Assembly (NCBI RefSeq): GCF_009914755.1
Contig: NC_060936.1
Length of the DNA stretch: 64,000 nt
Strand: one strand, 5' to 3'
Source of the DNA: the human T2T-CHM13v2.0 reference genome, Homo sapiens
In this document: one piece after another, positions 62,097 to 64,000 of the stretch
Layout of the letters: the number at the start of each line of letters is the position of its first letter
How positions within the stretch are numbered: the first letter of the stretch is position 1
Translations under genes and position numbers: made by a program
The notes under the pieces: model-generated
What the model saw: the letters and a program-made list of their open reading frames with translations, nothing else
Database searches by the model: none
What the model was told of the DNA's origin: nothing

Positions 62097-64000
62097 ATTC
62101 AAAAAGAAAGACACAGTCAAAAGTTTGAGTCGTCTATTGCAGTCAGCACAAACCGTGGACTCACTCAGGAGATCTAATCTGATTATATAAGAGGTCAAGG
62201 AAGCGTGAGGATTTCACTCAGCTTCCAGAAGCTGAGTGTTCTTACATCAGAAAACTAATCAAAATAAAAATGTCCGGAGGCCTTTGGGATGCCTCGTAAA
62301 TACAAGGATGCCACTACTGCATTTTTATGGGGTTGCTGTTTGTAAAGCATTTCAAGTGGAGACATCCTTATACAATGTTTTAGAAGGTTCCCTGTAAGAA
62401 AGGGAACAAATATTTCAACAATCTAAATGAATCAACTTGAACCAAACTTACCAATAAAGCAAAAATGTTTGAGTGGAAAGGGGAAGAATACGATAGCTTT
62501 TCTAAAGACCTTAAACTGGGATAGCTTCAATTTTTTTGTGATGAAGTTATTCATTCCTGGGAAGTAATAGCTAACACAACCAGAGGGACCGTTTTCCCTT
62601 TGCAAGGCATTTCCTGCCCTCTAGTGGTAAGAAATAAGCCTAAAAACCTATCTTGGAAGTAAGAAGTCTGGAAGCTGGACCAACCAAGGGCAGAGAGAAC
62701 TGTTATGGCGATAATGGGTTTTCTGATGTCAACTATAATCATTTGCTTATATGAATTGGGGATTAGTGTCACAAACGTTTACTGAGAACCTACTATTTGC
62801 CAGGTATACAAAAATGAAAAACGCATGAATGTCTTCAAGAAGTTCTCTGGTTGGAGGTATAGTCAGCAAATTAGTAATTGCAGTATTGAGTAAAAGTTGA
62901 ACCACATATCAGAAATAGGTGCCCATTAAATAGTACTGCCATAAATGAATATAGGGTTAAAATATTACAGTATATATGAACTACACTACTGTTTTAATCA
63001 TTAGTTGATTAACTTAACAGTTTCATATGATTGTCAATATCAGTACATCACTTATAATGGACAGGATTTGGCTAGATGACTTCTGAGAATCCTTCTAATG
63101 TAATATGTTCGGACTTTGTGAATTAAGCCCCAAAGCATACCTTATACTTAAAAGCACTTATCCATCACTAAAAATTATAAACTGCATTCTAGTGAACAAC
63201 TCTGGTAATGTTGATCCACATATATGGACATTTCCTAGATATAAAGTTGAACTTTTTAGCCAGAAGATTTATATATTGGTACATCTCTTCCTTCCTTTTC
63301 TTTCCTTCTTTTCTTCCTTTTTGCTTTCTTTCCTTCCTTTCTTCTGCCATCCAACCATCTATACATCCTTTAGTTGCTCTCAAAAGCAACTCATTATGCT
63401 TGTTTTTAAAAACTGCTGGAAATATTTGCAACTACTAACATTTTATTAGAAAAGACACAATTATCAAAAGTTTTCACAGAAATATGATTCACATGTTTAA
63501 GAAAAAATAGATACAAAATTTGTTTTTGCTTTAGGATGAGCATTTTCCCAGATTAGAATTAGATTTGTTAAGTATATCTAATATCTTTAATTTTAAATAT
63601 TCTGCCATCTTATCTGGGCTGGGAGGGTTTATTTATATGTTTCAACTCAGTGGAAACAGGTGAAATATAAGAATACCTTTCAAAATTATTTCAATATTGA
63701 CTAATGTTTCAGCAATTTGAGGAGATGATAAGGATTATCAAGGCCTTACCCACTGAATTCTTTACAATTGACTGTGTACAAAATTTACTAAAAGAGGCAC
63801 CTTTCAAAATCCCTATTATTGTGCTTTACAGGAGTCTCCCATTTTCCCCTTTATCGTGATAATGTGCACTCTTCATATGTTTGAGTAAAATAACTCGTGC
63901 TCAATTTATTCATATTTGATTCTCTCCTCAAAACTTTATGACCATTCTTCAAATAATTTCTTGTCCCTTTTTCCCTTTTTTGAATGCTTCTATTATATAA

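Noticed and set aside
63285-63345. Degenerate (TTCC)n tract as an ETS/GGAA microsatellite (also 18030-18090)
   Set aside because: Too few consecutive perfect units; ordinary low-complexity sequence.

Overview
Human-like genomic DNA (AT-rich, Alu/L1/L2/MIR/MaLR-rich) containing the 3' two-thirds of PTPRB (VE-PTP, R3-family receptor tyrosine phosphatase) on the minus strand. I traced 24 coding exons by hand. All have GT-AG boundaries and consistent phases, and together give 4,070 nt of CDS (about 1,356 aa). They encode nine one-exon FN3 repeats, a three-exon membrane-proximal module, the TM helix, juxtamembrane exons (one an 18-nt micro-exon), a single PTP domain ([24 protein letters not shown] motifs) and the YENV tail. 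A ~4.6/5.6 kb 3'UTR with two candidate poly(A) sites follows. The gene's 5' end lies beyond base 64000. I found no prokaryotic-type system (CRISPR etc.) and no convincing new protein-coding gene. Most unusual observations: (1) a ~90-bp decayed copy of PTPRB coding sequence inside an LTR-like element 1.5 kb from its source exon; (2) two gaplessly aligned MIR copies sharing private deletions in adjacent introns; (3) a MADE1 (miR-548-type) hairpin with a tandemly expanded loop; (4) stop+AATAAA cassettes just inside several ectodomain introns, which could give soluble VE-PTP; (5) inverted Alus bracketing in-frame FN3 exons. Repeat subfamily names and repeat boundaries are by eye and approximate.
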